Assembly: GCF_001194135.2 (NCBI RefSeq)
Contig: NC_068993.1
Coordinates: 45,097,431 to 45,161,430 of the forward strand
Reading direction: 5' to 3'
Length of the DNA: 64,000 nt
Source of the DNA: Octopus bimaculoides
Taxonomy: Eukaryota
In this document: positions 1 through 13,633 of the stretch, in pieces
How the letters are laid out: each line of letters opens with the position of its first letter
Position numbering within the stretch: the first letter of the stretch is position 1
Notes under the pieces: model-generated
Databases searched by the model: none
Told to the model about the DNA's origin: nothing
Seen by the model: only the letters and a program-made list of their open reading frames with translations
Program-made: the position numbers and the translations under genes

Positions 1-38
<38 letters not shown>

Positions 39-3000
39 CATACTACAGGCTGCCACAAAGTTTCTGTCTATGAAAATTCACTCACAGTGCAGTGTTTGGC
101 CGAAAGCACTTGCCCTAGGTTACCATGCAATAGAACTAAACCACAAACCGGATAGATTTAAAGTGAACTTGTTAATCCCACAACCTTGCCCATGAAATGT
201 AACTGCAGGGTTTTTACCCTATTCTGATGTATAACTAAATTATCTATTTACCCTGCAATCATATGACAATGTTTAGTAATACTTAATTGTAACTAATTTC
301 TGTTTTTAATTATTTTCTACATGCTAAAAACAGTAGACAAGCATCAGCTTCTTCTATAGATAATTAAGTTTGAATGATTAACACACAATTATCTATATTT
401 CAGCATAATAATAGCTAACCTATTTGATTTTTGAGCTTTAATGGCAATAAACTACAAAGATAACAAGTTGTTATTGTTAATCATGATGGATAAATCTAGT
501 TAACCATAATAAAGCAGTTAAGGGAGTGATTAATTGAAAACACGGGATCAAGTTTACAAGTGGTCTTTAAACATCACATGTCAAGTGTTATGTCTACTTA
601 TTGACCACTTATCACATAATATATCTACTGCTTATCTCCCTGATCTGGGAAGAGTAAATATGTATAAACGGTCATGTTAACTTGGACTAAATTAGAACTC
701 AGTGTTTGTAAACAACTGGCAGAATGGCTAAAACATTGGGAAGAAACACCTTGTGGTATCTCTTCCAGCTCTTTACATTCTGGATTCAGTTACCGCTAAG
801 GTCAACTTTATCTTTCATCTATTCATCCTTGTTGTCATCATCACCATCTTCATCATCAATCCTTGGACATTACTATTTCCAGTCCTACAACTCATAAGAC
901 CGGTTATCTGGGTTTCATGGCATGTAAGTAACTGAGATCCCAACATTTCCCATGAATGGGACAACAGTTTATTGCAGGGTTAACTATTTACAGCTGAGTA
1001 ACATGGCTAGAACAACATGGAATGTGCACAACACACTGCCCAGTCTGAATATCAAAACCATGATCTTGTTATATCGTAAGTGCAGCACTCTAACCACTAG
1101 GCTGCAATAAAATAATGTGCCAGCCTTGTGACAAAATTAGAAACAATATTACTGTACAATTTGCTTGTCACTCCCCACTGCATTCCATATTAACTTGTTT
1201 TTCCCTTCCCATTTTGACCAGAGCTGGCTATTTAGGTAATAATTATTATTGACATTAAGGGCGTAAGTTTCTTTTAATTCAAATATTCAGGTTTACGACA
1301 TACACCAAGTATGTTTCCACCCACTTGTACAGTTTTATATTCTTTGATAATCTTTCAAAATAACTGCATGTTTTCACATAGGCTAGCAAGTTGATAAGTC
1401 AGATTTCTTCCTTGGAGCATGAAAATATTTCAGTCCTAAAGGTCTTCTAGCTGTATACAAAGGTCACTAAACTGCAGCTTACTTTTCTTGAGAGCTGTAT
1501 GCAGCATATGCAAACACATACATTCTGTGTTGCGCCAAATCAGTTGCCAACACTTTGGGAATCTTCAGCTCACAGGCAAATTGTGGTCATCCCTCAGTCT
1601 CTCTCAAGTACACTTCAATGGTTGCTGCTCCCATTGACATACTGATTCTAGACCAATACTAGCTATTCTTCTGTCAATTTGTATTTGGCATGATGACAAA
1701 TACACCACATACACATCTTGTTAATTATATGATTTGTGTGATATTTTCCTTCTAGAGGCACTCTTAACTCTCTTACCTTACTTCCTCTCTTGTCTAATTC
1801 CTCTTTTATTCATATAGCGGAGTATGGTTTGAGGAAGATTTGGCTCCAATTTCTAGCAGATTAAACATCCATGTTGAGGATCATTTGTTATTACATTAAA
1901 AATGTAGTAAATGTCACAACTGACAATGAATGAACATCAAGCCATTAAGAACAGATTTTATTTACAATACAAAATAGTTTATTCTATTCATAATATTTAT
2001 GATAGCTCTTTTCAGTTTGTAGTGAAACAGTTAATTGAATTTAATGAGCATTAATTACCTAATTTTAAATACTTAGAAAAAAAGAAAACATGAAGTTCAA
2101 TGACTAATACTATTTTAATCATTTCAGTGAGCAAGGGAGGGAAGTTCAAACATAGTTCAGTCTTATTAGCCTTCCTTCCTGAATAGTGTGAATAGTAATG
2201 ACAACATCATTAAGTATATGTACAATACTGTACATGAGTAGGTGTGAAAAATTATATATTTAGAGGAAAAAAATGTCACTGAGGCTCATGTAGATGGCAT
2301 GCCTGAGTAATTAACACCAGGAATTTATTCTTAAATTAAGCTAAATCCAAGTAGGATTGATAATGTCTATGACTTTTTTTGCAGGCTCTTCCAGATTTAT
2401 GAGTGGGCCCTAATGGGTGCAGGTAAATCATGTGTATGAAAGGAATTAGAAGGGATAGCAACTCTGGGAAAGAAGGATTAGGAAAAATATGTTTAGTGTG
2501 AGTTGTGGAAAGTGAGACATAATGTGTGTATGTGTGTGTGTGTGTGTGTGTTGGTGATGGTGGGATGGCGAGAGAGAGAGAGAGAGAGAGAGAGTGAGTG
2601 AGTGACTATATAATCCAAGTGCTGTGGTTTGATGGAGATGAAATTGATAGCTTTCTGTTGGAGGCATATTTCTTGTTTATGTTTGTGTGTGTGTACATAT
2701 ATGTTACGCAACCAGCACATTAAGCTTTGAAACAAGCTACCAAGTGAACTTCTTCATACTAAAAATAGCAGCAAAGTTTCACTTGGATGATACCCTACTA
2801 TCGTAAACAAGGAAGAGGACATAAGATAAAGTAGTCTGTGGTATACAATACCTAAAAAAAAAAACAGAAAGAAAAAGTAAATAATGGATGGTCATGGCTG
2901 AAATGTCTTTGGTTATAGGTCTGTTTACTGAAGGCCAACTTGGAGCTCACCAACACCAACATCCAAAAAACAAAACAAAGTCATCTCATGTATTTTAGTT

Positions 3001-3312
3001 GTTACAGTTATTTAACTGCAACCATGGCACGGCACCGCTTAAAAGGGTTTACTCAGACAAATCAGCCCCAGTACTGGCACTTATCCTATTGGCCCCTTTT
3101 GCTGAACTGTTAAGTTATGGGGGATGTAAACAAACCAATGCCAGTTGCCAAGTGGTGGGGGACAAACACAAAGACAATGCAGACACACACATTTACAGTG
3201 GGCTTCCACACAGTTTCTATCTACCAAATTCACTTCTCGCAAGGTATTGGTCAATCTGGGGCTATTGTGGAAGACAGTTGCCCAAGATGCTGCACAACGG
3301 GAACTGAAGGTG

Positions 3313-3466
3313 TAGGCATGGCTGTGTGGTAAGAAACTTGTTTCTCAACCACATGGTTCTGGGTTCAGTCCCATTGCATGGCACCTTGGGCAAGTATCTT
3401 CTACTATAACCATGAGCTGACCAAAGCCTTGTGAGTGGATTTGGTAGATGGAAGCTGAAAAAAGCT

Positions 3467-3501
<35 letters not shown>

Positions 3502-3720
3502 TATGTTTGTGTCTGCCCCCCCCCCATCGCTAAACAACCGATGTTGGTGTGTTTACAACACTGTAACTTAGCAGTTCGGCAAAAGAAACTGATGGAATAA
3601 GTACTAGGTTTACAAAGAATAAGTCCTGAGGTCAATTTCTTTGATAAAAAAAACCTTTAAGGCGGTGCTCCAGCATGGCCACAGTCAAATGACTGAAACA
3701 TTTAAAGACTAAAAGAATAG
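3313..3720 (+). mobile_element. SINE family B (CORE-like GCACCTTGGGCAAGT block); related copies at 12915, 16350, 24520, 42935, 59975
   Basis: GGTTCAGTCCCA B-box-like motif, GGCACCTTGGGCAAG core, internal (TA)n and a CTCCAGCATGGCC...TGACTGAAAC tail; multi-copy. Confidence 0.75.
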
Positions 3721-6700
3721 CTAGTTTTTCAAGGGAATGCCCCAGCATGGCCTCTGTCCAACGACTGAAAAAAGTAAATGAATAAAAGACTACATCATAG
3801 TATTTATACAGTTAATGGTTAAATTTCACACTGTTACTCACACTCTAGCTCTAAGATTAAAAATAACTTTCTAATTTATAACCAATTAGGTGATAGATTA
3901 GTGAAACCATTAGAGTATTACACAAAATATCTGAAATATCTAATTAGGCTCTTTACATTTTGTGTTCAAATCCCACCAGGATCAGCTTCGCTTTTTATCT
4001 TTCCTTCTAAGGTCAATAAATTAAAGTACAGGTCAAGAACTAGGATCCATTTAATACTTCATTAATACAAAATGGTGAGCTAGCAGAATCGTTACCACAT
4101 CGGGCAAAATGCTTAAGATTTTGTCTGTGATTTTGTCTCTGAGTTCAAATGTAATCGAGGTTGGCTTTGCTTTTCATCCTTTTGGCGTAGATGAAATAAG
4201 TACCAGTTGAGCCCTGAGGCTAATGTAATTGACTTATTCCTTCACCCAAAATTGCTGGCCTTCTACCAAAATTTGAAACAAATCTTTCATTAATACAGAG
4301 CGGTAAGCTGGCAGAGTCGTTAGCACATCAGGCAAAATGCTTGGCATTCCAAGTTCAAATTCTGCTGAAGTTGGCGTTGCCTGTCATCCCTCCAGGGTTG
4401 AGAAATAAGTACCATTTAAGTGCTGGGCTTGATGTAATTGACTTTACTCCCTCACCCGAAATTCTTGGCCTTGTGCCAAAAATTGAAACAAATATTTCAT
4501 TAATGTATCATAGATGTGAGTGGAATTATAATAGAAAGAAGATTCCCATGATATTTTCACCAAATACTCTCTTAAATTATTTCATTATTGTATTTGGTTT
4601 TTGTAAAATCCTTGGTGTCAACACATGCATCAAGGCATATTTTGTTGAATCTGAGGAGGGTGATTATGCCACGATGCAGACCAGGAGTAGAGAGGGCATG
4701 TCATTAATGAGGTCACAAATGGTGACAAAAGGATTTTGGCAAACATCACTGATTCTTTGATTGACAAAATGATTAATCAATCAATCATTTAGCTAATTGG
4801 TTACATAGTTAACCAACTGACAAAATAAATAATAAAAAAGTGAAATAGAATCAGTGTGTGTGTTTATTATTGACATGATGACCTTCTCAAAATACAAACG
4901 AAATAATTATCTTAAATGTTTATGATATTCTCTTATAGTTTTGTTATTGAGAAAAAAATGTGTCCAGGGTAACCTTGTATTTTTAAGTAAGTTATTAAAA
5001 ATTATATAAAGTTTTGTTTGGGAATGTATATACGCAATAAAATTAGTGTCCTAAATCAGTGTGTTGGCCTAGGTTAAAAACAACAACTAAACAAACAAAT
5101 AACTTTTTGCAATAGTATAATGCAACAAGTGAAAACATGGCATTGCTCTGCATTATGAATTCCAGGAAACTAAGAAATAATTTTCCAGAGAAAATTGGTT
5201 GAAAAGTGTTTGTTAACTGAAGTCAATGCAATGTTCTATATTTAGCTCAAAAAGATATTGTGATGGTTTGGGAGGAAAAATGTAGTGTGGAGAAAGTGTG
5301 TGAATAAAATGGGTACAATGTTGGGAGTGTATGCTTATATGTGTGTATATGTTTATATTTGTATGTGTGTATACGTTTATATTTGTATGTGTGTATATAC
5401 ATATATATGTGTGTGTGTGTTTGTATATCATCATTTAACGTTTGTTTTCCATGATATATGTGTATATGTGTTTTTATACACATACACACAAACACATTAT
5501 ATACATATATAAGAGCAATATTTTCCCAATGTTTTTTGTAATCTTATATGGAGTTTAGAAGCTTTTCTAGATTGTAAGTAGTATTCTGCTAAACCCAAAC
5601 CTTACACCTGTGTTTTCTTTTATCTTTCATCTAAAAACATCAGCAAATTTTTTTCCTTCTTCTAATAGACAAAAAAAAAAAGTAATATCCTATTTAAAAT
5701 ATAACAAAACAAAAAAGCAAGATCAAAAGTAAACCCATAAAAATGAAAAAAAAAACATAAAGTGAGAGTAGATTAATATTAATTTCCCTCTCAGAGCAAG
5801 CAAAAACAATCTTTACATGGTTGCTCAACTTGCTAGAAACAACAGCCAAATCTTCCTGAAATAGCACATTAGGAAGGTCACATTGGATAATGTTGTTCAA
5901 AATAGCCTTAAAAAGACTGGATGACCTTGGCAGGAATGTTTTTGATCATAGATTTGCTCAAACAGAGCTGGGTAGAAGTTAAACAACAACACAAGTAATG
6001 CATTTTATTTATTTCTTGTCAAAGATGTATGCAATTTTGTAGTGTGATTTGAAAATGTGATCTCACATTGATAGAGTACCTCCTGCCACACATAGCTTGT
6101 TAATTAAAAAAAAGAAGTTTAATCAGTTTATCTTATCTATAAAAGGCAGATTTTCTCNNNNNNNNNNNNNNNNNNNNNNNNNNNNNNNNNNNNNNNNNNN
6201 NNNNNNNNNNNNNNNNNNNNNNNNNNNNNNNNNNNNNNNNNNNNNNNNNNNNNCGGAATTAATATTCTAAATACCATAACTTAGGTCACAGCGTCATTTT
6301 TTTTTGTCAATATTACTCCCAATTACGAATAAAATCCATAAAAACTACACAAATTAACATTTTCTCCTCTAAAAAAAATCTAAATTCCTCTTTCTATTAC
6401 CTTTACATATCCTTTCAACTCCTACTTTCTCTTATGAACCTTTACGAATGATCCAACAACAAATACAAAAAGAAAGGAAGGAGAAACACTGACAGTATCA
6501 AAAAATATTTAATGTAACATTAACTGGTTGAGAAAGAAATTGCTCTTCCAGATAACTTCTTTGAGAAAGGAAGACACATATTCTTCAGCTAAGTAAGCTG
6601 AGTTATGTTGAGGTCAATGTTTTCCCTGAGAAAATGTAACCTTAAGTCACATCTTATCTTAGGACAATATAGCCTTTAAATTGTCTTACATTAAGATAAC

Positions 6701-6769
6701 CCCTAAATTAAGGATTTTACTCTGAGTATTGTAGCATAGAAATTGTGTGTGTATACATATATCGTCACC

Positions 6770-7170
6770 ATTATCATCGTCAACATTCTTTAATGTCTGT
6801 TTTCCATGAGTTGGACGGTTTGACCAGAGTTAGCAAACAGGAGAGCTGCACTAGGTTCCAGTCTGATTTGGTTTGGTTTCTACAACTGGATGCCCTTCCT
6901 AATGCCAACCTCTCTTTACAGTGTGTGCTTTTGACATGGCATCGGCATGAGCACTTTTATGTGGCACCGATACAGGGCTCTTGCAGGACAATCCTCTTCA
7001 TCAGTGGGAGTGACATTAACACTTCTGTTGCGTAGGACGGGGCTTCTTGAGTACAGCAAGGCACCAGATAGCTCAGTCCTTTGTCATCTCCTCCATGAGG
7101 TTCAGTGTCCTGAAGTTGTCCTTCAGTGCTTTGTCCCATGTCCTGCACAAATTCCATCCATTCCGAGTAA
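6770..7170 (-). mobile_element. RTE LINE 3' end with GAT-rich tail
   Basis: The minus strand encodes RTWDKALKDNFRTLNLMEEMTKD*AIWCLAVLKK, followed by the GGTTGGCATTAGGAAGGGCATCCAG block shared with many copies in the window. Confidence 0.65.
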
Positions 7171-7531
7171 TTGTCACTTCTTTATGAAACTGTCGACATC
7201 CATCTGCATATAAATGTGTCATTGTCATCCCCCCCAATGCTTGACAATGGGGGATGATTTATTTACTTCCTGACAATTTAGCAGCATGGTGAAAGAGACC
7301 AATAGAATAAATACTGGGGTCAACTTATTCAACTAAACCCTTCCAAGATGGTGCCCCAGCATGACCACAGTCCAATGACTGAAACAAACAAGATAAAATG
7401 CTACTGTAAAATAAATCAGACCCTCTACTATTTGTTTGGAAGAAGATTTGTGTTTTAGGCTGGGCTTCACATCCCACCAAGGTCAATTTCACTTATCAAT
7501 CCCTTCAGGATTGATAAGAAGGTACCAATCC

Positions 7532-7772
7532 TTTTAAGGCGGTGAGTTGGCAGAAACGTTAGCACGCTGGGTGAAATGCTTAGCGGTATTTCGTATGTCA
7601 TTACGTTCTGAGTTCAAATTCTGCTGAGGTCGACTTTGCCTTTCATCCTTTCGGGGTCGATAAATTAAGTACCAGTTACGCACTGGGTCGATGTAATCGA
7701 CTTAACCCCTTTGTCTGTCCTTGTTTGTACCCTCTATGTTTAGCCCCTTGTGGGCAATAAAGAAATAAGAAA
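7532..7772 (+). mobile_element. tRNA-derived SINE family A, young copy
   Basis: 17-bp TSD TAAGAAGGTACCAATCC (7515-7531; 7773-7789). B-box-like GAGTTCAAATTC and a conserved core CTTTGCCTTTCATCCTTTCGGGGTCGATAAA. More than 15 copies are visible in the window. Confidence 0.85.
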
Positions 7773-8974
7773 TAAGAAGGTACCAATCCAGAGCAGTAGA
7801 TTTACCATCCAATTAGGTATTTGATAGCATAAAAGATACATGGCTTTATTAGATGCACTCCAATTTCAGCAGCACATACTCAGGAAAAACTGAGTGCCAG
7901 GGACAAAATTAGCTTATGAGAGAATCATCCCAGCAATAAGGACCTAGGGTGATATTTTGTGTTTTGTTTTTGAGACATCTTGTATGCTATCAAATACAGT
8001 GATCAGTTGGCCAGTTTAGGAGCCACTCTTAGCACCTTGGATTCCTTTAGCAGATTCCACTCTGTTGTAAGTATTCAGATCAGGTTGTAAGTACTCAGGT
8101 TTGCAGATACCTTTCTCTCTCCCTCCCACCCTCTGTTAACAGATGCCCTGTTATAGGATTATGGGTGCAACCTTATCTCATCATGTAAACTAGAAACATC
8201 TATCTAGATGTCTAACTGGAAAACTTGGTAGCTTGGTGAGAAATGATTTCAATAATAAGAGTGATGAGTGTTGTTAAAAAATAAACAACACTTTCAGATA
8301 TAGAAGAAACAAAAATATTATCATATTACTTACTTCAAAACAATCAGCCTGTTAACAAACATGTCTGCCTATTGTTTAACTCTTAGTTTAGCTCTTTTTG
8401 AGCTGGTCTATGACAACAGCCTAGTATTTTTCCTTGCAATAACCATCCTGTCTTTTATTTCAGACATATTGAATTGAAGGAATTATCCTTTGTTTTTTTT
8501 TTAAAGATGGTAGAAGTTATTTTAAAGGAGATTTAGCTGCTATCTCTTGCAGATAAAGTAATCACATAGCAATTTCTTCTTTGGCTTGTAAGAGTAATGG
8601 TGTGAAGGTTATGAAGATTTTTTTTGTTCAGGAATATTATTTGTTTTGTTCTTGTATTTGGTTGGCAAGCTTTTTGATATAGACTCATGTGTTGAAACAT
8701 TTTTTGTTGTATGTTGAAAGGGTCGTTATGCCAACAATAAACACACTCACACACTGGTTCTGTTTCACTTCTTTATTTTCATTAGACAATTGATTAACCA
8801 ATTAACTAATCAATTGTTTGATTGATTGTTCAGTCACTCACTCAATCATCTAGGTTTGTCAAAGATCTTGTGTTACCATTCCCAACCTCGTCAATGATAC
8901 ACTTTCTCTACTCTGGGTTTGCAGTCATTTACAAAACAATACCAAAGGTTTTATAATTTGATGAAAACATCATT

Positions 8975-9215
8975 GAAGATTTTGTAAGTTGTATGCAACT
9001 TTTTCAGCATATTTTGTAATTTATATGCAACTTTTGAGCACAAAGAAGATTTTGTAATTTGTATGCAACTTTTTGAGCAGATCTTGTAATTTGTATGCAA
9101 CTTTTTGAGCAGATCTTGTAATTTGTATGCAACTTTTGAACACAAAGAAGATTTTGTAATTTGTATGCAACTTTTGAGCACAAAACAAAATTTGTATGCC
9201 TTTTTGAGCACAAAA
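8975..9215. repeat. Minisatellite of 32- and 38-bp units
   Basis: About 7 copies of TTGTAATTTGTATGCAACTTTT(T)GAGCA followed by GAT or CAAAGAAGAT. Confidence 0.9.
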
Positions 9216-9438
9216 CAGAAACAAATAAGCAAAATTAAAAATGAGATTTACTGTATTTTCAGGCACGTAAGTTGAATTTTTCTGACCAAAATTTACAGCC
9301 AAAAAAAGGTAGGTTGACTTGTACGCCTAGATGTCTTTAGAATGATAGTGATGATGTTTGAATGTTTACACTATATTCTTTGATGACTTGTATGCCAGAA
9401 AATTTGATTTATTTTCAGATTTTTATCTTTACAGAACA

Positions 9439-9608
9439 ATGGCTGATTGTAACACAAAACCTGGTCCCTGTATCGCGAAGAAAACTCCTGGGGGTCATCC
9501 AGCAGAGAAAATGAATTATTTACAACTTTTTGAGTCTGTAAAGAAAGCTGCTTTTGTTGTTGGCACTGCTTTGCTTGTATTTGCTGCAGCTAGGAACACT
9601 ATTACATG
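9439..9608 (+). CDS. FAXDC2: Fatty acid hydroxylase domain-containing protein 2, coding exon 1 of 6; CDS join(9439..9608,12228..12331,13512..13633,16132..16337,18150..18422,19769..19949), 351 aa
   Basis: Acceptor tttacag ends at 9434, ATG at 9439 and donor TG|gtgagt. The translation ends KKAAFVVGTALLVFAAARNTITW, matching the FAXDC2 N-terminal region. All six exons have GT-AG junctions and join in frame (1056 nt). Confidence 0.9.
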
Positions 9609-9791
9609 GTGAGTTTATCTTGTTCTGATTCTTTTCTTCTTTTTTTTTGTTATCTTTAAAAAAAAATTTTTTTTTAGTTGTTTCAGTCATTGGACTGTGG
9701 CCATACTGGGGTACCACCTTGAAGAATTTAGTCAAACATATCAACCCTAATACTTATTTCTTAAGTCTGATATTTATTCTATCGACCTCTT

Positions 9792-10110
9792 TTGCTAAAT
9801 CAACTTGCTGAATCAACCATCCTATCCAGATGTGGAAAAAGTGAGGATGTATTCATTCCCGGGATTCCCCTTACTCCCTCGGGAGCAGATATACCTTTCA
9901 CCTTCAGAAGACTGCAATTCCCGTTCCGGCCCAGCTTCGCCATGTCTGTCAACAAGGGCCAGACTCTTTCTGTGGCCGAACTTCTCTTGGAAGAGCCTTG
10001 TTTTTCCCATGGCCAGCTGTACGTTGCATGCTCCAGAGTCGGCAGTAGAGACAGTCTGTTTGCATTAACACATCAGGGGAAGACAAGAAACATTGTCTAC
10101 AACAAAGTGC
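9792..10110 (+). mobile_element. Helitron PIF1-like helicase C-terminal fragment in FAXDC2 intron 1
   Basis: FRRLQFPFRPSFAMSVNK-GQTL...PCFSHGQLYVACSRVG matches the Helitron helicase C-terminal motifs (RxQFP.R..FAMTINKSQGQ...FSHGQLYVAxSRV), with SQ deleted. Confidence 0.85.
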
Positions 10111-11077
10111 TACGTATTTGCCAAAACTGAAGTGGGTACGTTATCGCCATGCATGCATATAACGGGGTATGCTCAAATACTTTTACTATTTTTTTCTCAT
10201 ATCAGACAGAAGCATCAGAAAAGGGCGCCTGCCTCTTGGCATTCTGTGGGTTTATGGAAGGCATTTGTGTGGTGCTCCTATGATAGCAAAGAGGTGGCGA
10301 TTCATTGCAGGTGCACGATAATAATGCAAAGAAACAATGTTGTCAAACAGCTGCTACAAATGGACCAGCAGAAAGGCAGGTTAGGTATCGCATATTTGAG
10401 GACATTTCTGCTGCCTTCTATATGGTCAATTACCTCAAGTATATTTATTCATAACATTAAAGTGACCAATTCAACGGAAAGGATACCAATTTACAAAACG
10501 CATGGCGGCTACATGTTGCATGAACTTTGTGAGAGCGACATTCCAACTGTTGACGATTAACCTCCTTCAACTGGGAGCAATCTATCGCTCAAATGGTTCC
10601 CTCTTAGGAAACGCTGAAATTGTTCAGCTCGTTCTCTTCCTATACGTTTATCTGTGTGCTTCATTTTATGGCTTCATAGTGTATGGTTCTAATCTGCACT
10701 GGGCTGAGGAGTAAGGTGTTGAAATCAGGAGAGCATTGCGTGAACGCAGTAGCTGAAGTAGGGCTCAAAAAATTTTCTCAAGTGTAAGGCCTCATCTTTC
10801 AGCAGTTGAATGAATGGTGATTTATTAAGACCTGTGCAACGCTGGGTACTACTGCTAGTGAATTTTATAATTGTTAAAGATACGTAAGTTGACACCTTTG
10901 TTAAAACACAATGTGCTATGAGTCAGCTTGGCAATTTCTATATATGTTACCTGACTTACTATTAATACAGTGGCCAGTATTCAGAACCTGTAGGTTGTTT
11001 TCCATGTATTCAGTTGGCAAAAGCCAACTGAAAGATGAACTGAATAAAACTAGTCAACTACTACACATCACCTTTAA

Positions 11078-11297
11078 CCCTTTTGCATTTAAACTGGCTA
11101 TATCTAGCCCAAATACTCTACAAATTTTATGTTTAAACTGACCAAATTCTGCCTCTCACACCTACCATAAATTGTCATTCTAAAAATATACTATCCCATC
11201 ATTGAAATCTAGAAGTGGTGAGATAATGAATGATAAATTCAAACCAATTTGAATAAATAAGCATTTCATTTGATTGAATGATCCAAATGCTAAAGGT
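11078..11297. mobile_element. piggyBac-type MITE (related copy ~13721-13948)
   Basis: TTAA at both ends; short TIRs CCCTTTTGCATTT / AAATGCTAAAGGT. Confidence 0.65.
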
Positions 11298-11769
11298 TTA
11301 AATATAAGCCTAGCATGTATAGAGATAGAATCATATATTAGCTGTCTTTATGCATTTGTATTATGCCTATACAGATAAGTTGACTTCGGATACAAAGTAT
11401 TGTTTTAAAAAATATATATCTCTTTATGTGGCTTTGTTTGGCGAAGAAGGGCTGTGTTCTAGAGTTGTTTATAGGATTTCTGAGACTAGTAATGATAAAG
11501 GGAAGAAAAAACAAACAAACTCATAGATTAATACTGGTGGAAGTAGCATATTAAGATATTGAGTTATCCTCATGCAACAACTCTGCTACAAGCTCTCAAA
11601 GGACCTCAGCATAGCTGCAGTCTAGATGAAAATTGACACAAATGGAACATAAAATCACATTTACAATTCATGCATTGCTAGCCAATATACTGATATGTAA
11701 CCGAGTAAAATAAGAGTCTATTACTCATAGCATTTTTTATAAGTAACTCTACAAAGTAAAGCAGTAATA

Positions 11770-11985
11770 CAAGGGGGTGCTGAAAAGTTCCTGGCTTTAA
11801 GGGTATTGTGAAAGGCTTTGTTGAAGGCCCAACCTTCCAAAATTTTTTATAGGGCTTAGAGAAACTGAAGGACTGCTGCAATAAGTGTGTGAATCTGAGA
11901 GGGGAATACGTTGAATAAAATCACAATTAACTGATCCTCCTGTATTTTATTTACCCAAAGCCAGGAACTTTTCAGCACCCCCTTC
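11770..11985. mobile_element. Mariner-type MITE (further copies at 29127-29351 and partial 46388-46570)
   Basis: TIRs AAGGGGGTGCTGAAAAGTTCCTGGCTTT / AAAGCCAGGAACTTTTCAGCACCCCCTT flanked by TA. Confidence 0.85.
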
Positions 11986-12227
11986 TAACTAAACAAAATT
12001 AGCCAAATTTAGTACATTCTACAGAGAAAGCCCTGTGCTTTAATCACAAGGTTTATTTATTTACACAGCAAGGCTGAATGTATGTTAGTCTATATGTCTA
12101 ATGTGAACTTATTCATACTTTATCCACACACTCTTATTCTAGTTATTCTTAATATCGCTTATGTATGTTTTTGCTTTTCTATTTTCTGTTCATTCTCTGA
12201 CTTATGAAACTATGAAACACTTTTCAG

Positions 12228-12331
12228 GCACATGCAAAGATTTTGGGGTGCTTCTGGAGACTTTTGGCAAACAACATGGAACAACATCTTTAGTTTGTTC
12301 AATGAAGATGAAATGTTAGTTGGTGTTGTAG
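12228..12331 (+). CDS. FAXDC2: FAXDC2 coding exon 2
   Basis: ttttcag|G...G|gtaag. Encodes (W)HMQRFWGASGDFWQTTWNNIFSLFNEDEMLVGVV(G), similar to the vertebrate FAXDC2 motif WHLQRFWGASG.FWQ. Confidence 0.93.
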
Positions 12332-13511
12332 GTAAGTTCATCGATGTGAATTTTGACAGATAGTGGGGGTAGGGCTGGGCAAATCTTTATAGGGCTCAAA
12401 AGCTTATTTCTTTTTCTCTTTCTGTTATGAAACAATAAACTAGATAAGAAGGTAAGGAAACTTCAAGAGACACGAAATGGTTTGTTTTTTAATGATAGAA
12501 CTTGAAATAGCTAAAGCTATAATAGCATGTAAATCATCATCATTAATATTTAATGTCTGTTTTTCCATGCTTGCATGGGTTGGCCAGTTTTGACAGAAGC
12601 TGGCAAGCCAGAGAACTGCACCAGGTTCCAATTGTCTGTTTTGGCATGGTTTCTGTGGCTGGACACCCTTCCTAATGCTAACCACTTTACGAATGTACAG
12701 GGTGCTTTATACATGTCACCAGCATGGTTGCTTTGTACATGGAATAAATATTGACTTAAAAACCCTTTGGATTGAAAAAGTCAGAGGTTATCAGTGATAG
12801 AATGTCTGTCATGTTCTCTGAAGATGTGGGGTTTATGTCTCAGAGGCAATCTGTAACTTTTTTTTTGGGGGGGGGGAGGTTTTTTTAACCCAATATTCTT
12901 TTATCATTTTTCCATGTTTCAGTCATTTGACTGTGGCCATGCTGGAGCACTACCCTAAAGGGTTTTTTAGTTGAACAAAATCGACCTAAGGACTCATTCT
13001 TTGTAAGCCTAGTACTTATTCTATCGTTCTCTTTTGCCAAACCGCTAAGTTACAAGGATGTAAACACATCAACATCGGTTGTCAAACACACAGACATATA
13101 TGTATGTATATATATATATGTATGTATATTAGTACTAGAGCGCACAATGTTCCTGAAGGTCGACAATGGTCTTCCTCAGTCACGAGTGGACGGCCATCAT
13201 ATATATATATATATATATGTAGGGTGATTACAAAGTCTTTCCCTTATACCATCTGCCTAAAAGTTATTATTCACATAAAATGAAATTCGGTAAACTTCAA
13301 CATGGGCTCCTTTTGTGGCTCAGAGCGCATCTAATTGATATTCAATTTCACGCTATGTGTTCTGTGTAAGCACACACTCTTAAATTTTGCAGACTTTTTT
13401 TTGCAAAAGATTGTAAAAAATTTCAGACCTTGGTTTACACCCTCCTCAGCAAATATATGCCATGATGAGTTATATATTTATTTATTTCTCTAACCACCTT
13501 CGTTATTTCAG

Positions 13512-13633
13512 GAACAACTCTGTTTACGTTTACGGTATTTTGGTTGGCAAACAGTTTTCTTATATTTTTGGATGTCACTGGTATGCCTTCGTCATTGTTG
13601 CGCTACAAAGTCCAGCCTGATAAAAATACCCCG
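13512..13633 (+). CDS. FAXDC2: FAXDC2 coding exon 3
   Basis: atttcag|GA...CCG|gtaag. Encodes TTLFTFTVFWLANSFLIFLDVTGMPSSLLRYKVQPDKNTP; splice phases match both neighbours. Confidence 0.93.

Noticed and set aside
1483-1700. Exon-like minus-strand segment ending at a GTAAG donor
   Set aside because: It has stops in all three frames over its length and no recognisable protein similarity.
8951-9302. Three overlapping minus-strand ORFs and the apparent spacer-repeat look of the minisatellite
   Set aside because: These are translations of a tandem repeat. There are no unique spacers or cas genes and the DNA is eukaryotic, so it is not a CRISPR array.
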